From Eledone cirrhosa (taxonomy: Eukaryota), in NCBI GenBank assembly GCA_964016885.1, contig OZ024744.1, positions 51,522,001 to 51,586,000 on the forward strand: DNA of 64,000 bases, written 5' to 3'. Position numbers and translations under genes: made by a program. Under the pieces are notes generated by a model, which saw only the letters and a list, made by a program, of their open reading frames with translations, did no database searches and had not been told where the DNA came from. Below, piece by piece: positions 63,391 through 64,000 of the stretch; the stretch's first letter is position 1; every line of letters starts with the position of its first letter.

Positions 63391-64000
63391 TGTAGTGTGG
63401 TGTAGTGTAGTGTGGGGTAGTGTGGTGTGGTGTGGTGTGCTGTAGTGTAGTGTAGTGTAGTGTGGTGTGGTGTAGTGTGGTGTGGTGTGGTGTAGCGTGG
63501 TGTAGTGTAGTGTGGTGTGGTGTGGTGTGTTGTAGTGTGCTCTGGTGTGCTGTAGTGTGGTGTGGTGTGGTGTGCTGTAGTGTGGTGTGGTGAGGTGTGG
63601 TGTAGTGTGGTGAAGTGTGGTGTGGTGTACTGTAGTGTGGTGTAGTGTAGTGTGGTGTGGTGTGGTGTGGTGTGGTGTAGTGTGGTGCAGTGTGGTGTAG
63701 TGTAGTGTAGTGTGGTGTGGTGTAGTGTGGTGTGCTGTAGTGTGGTGTAGTGTGGTGTAGTGTGGTGTGGTGTAGTGTGGTGTAGTGTGGTGTAGTGTAG
63801 TGTGGTGTACTGTGGTGTAGTGTAGTGTGGTGTAGTGTGGTGCAGTGTGGTGTAGTGTAGTGTAGTGTGGTGTGGTGTAGTGTGGTGTGCTGTAGTGTGG
63901 TGTAGTGTGGTGTAGTGTGGTGTGGTGTGTTGTAGTGTGCTCTGGTGTGCTGTAGTGTGGTGTAGTGTAGTGTAGTGTAGTGTAGTGTAGTGTGGTGTGG
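63391..64000. repeat. (GTGTG/GTGTA)n pentanucleotide array, running off the window
   Basis: Directly visible. Confidence 0.95.

Overview
Eukaryotic, gene-poor window made almost entirely of repeats; the repeat style (tRNA-derived SINEs, huge TA/CA arrays) suggests a cephalopod such as octopus, which is an inference. No host protein-coding gene is supported. From 0 to 30 kb lies a dense stack of non-LTR retroelements separated by (AAT)n tracts. It holds two intact full-length Tx1/L1-clade LINEs (gag-like CCHC ORF1 plus APE-RT ORF2), several decayed Tx1 relatives and tRNA-derived SINEs, all on the minus strand, interleaved with R4/Dong-like RLE elements on the plus strand. A 10,868-bp tandem duplication covers the first ~21.8 kb. 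From 30 to 53 kb are SINEs, MITE/foldback elements, RTE and Tx1 fragments, TA/CA microsatellites, and a decayed Penelope-like element with inverted pLTRs. Several hammerhead ribozyme motifs occur here, one apparently intact at 47562-47632. From 53.5 to 64 kb are four consecutive G/T-rich mini- and microsatellite arrays. The main candidate system is an (ATT)n-targeting Tx1 LINE that shares its 3' terminal motif with a SINE, possibly its non-autonomous partner, and builds a polarised array alongside an oppositely oriented R4/Dong element.
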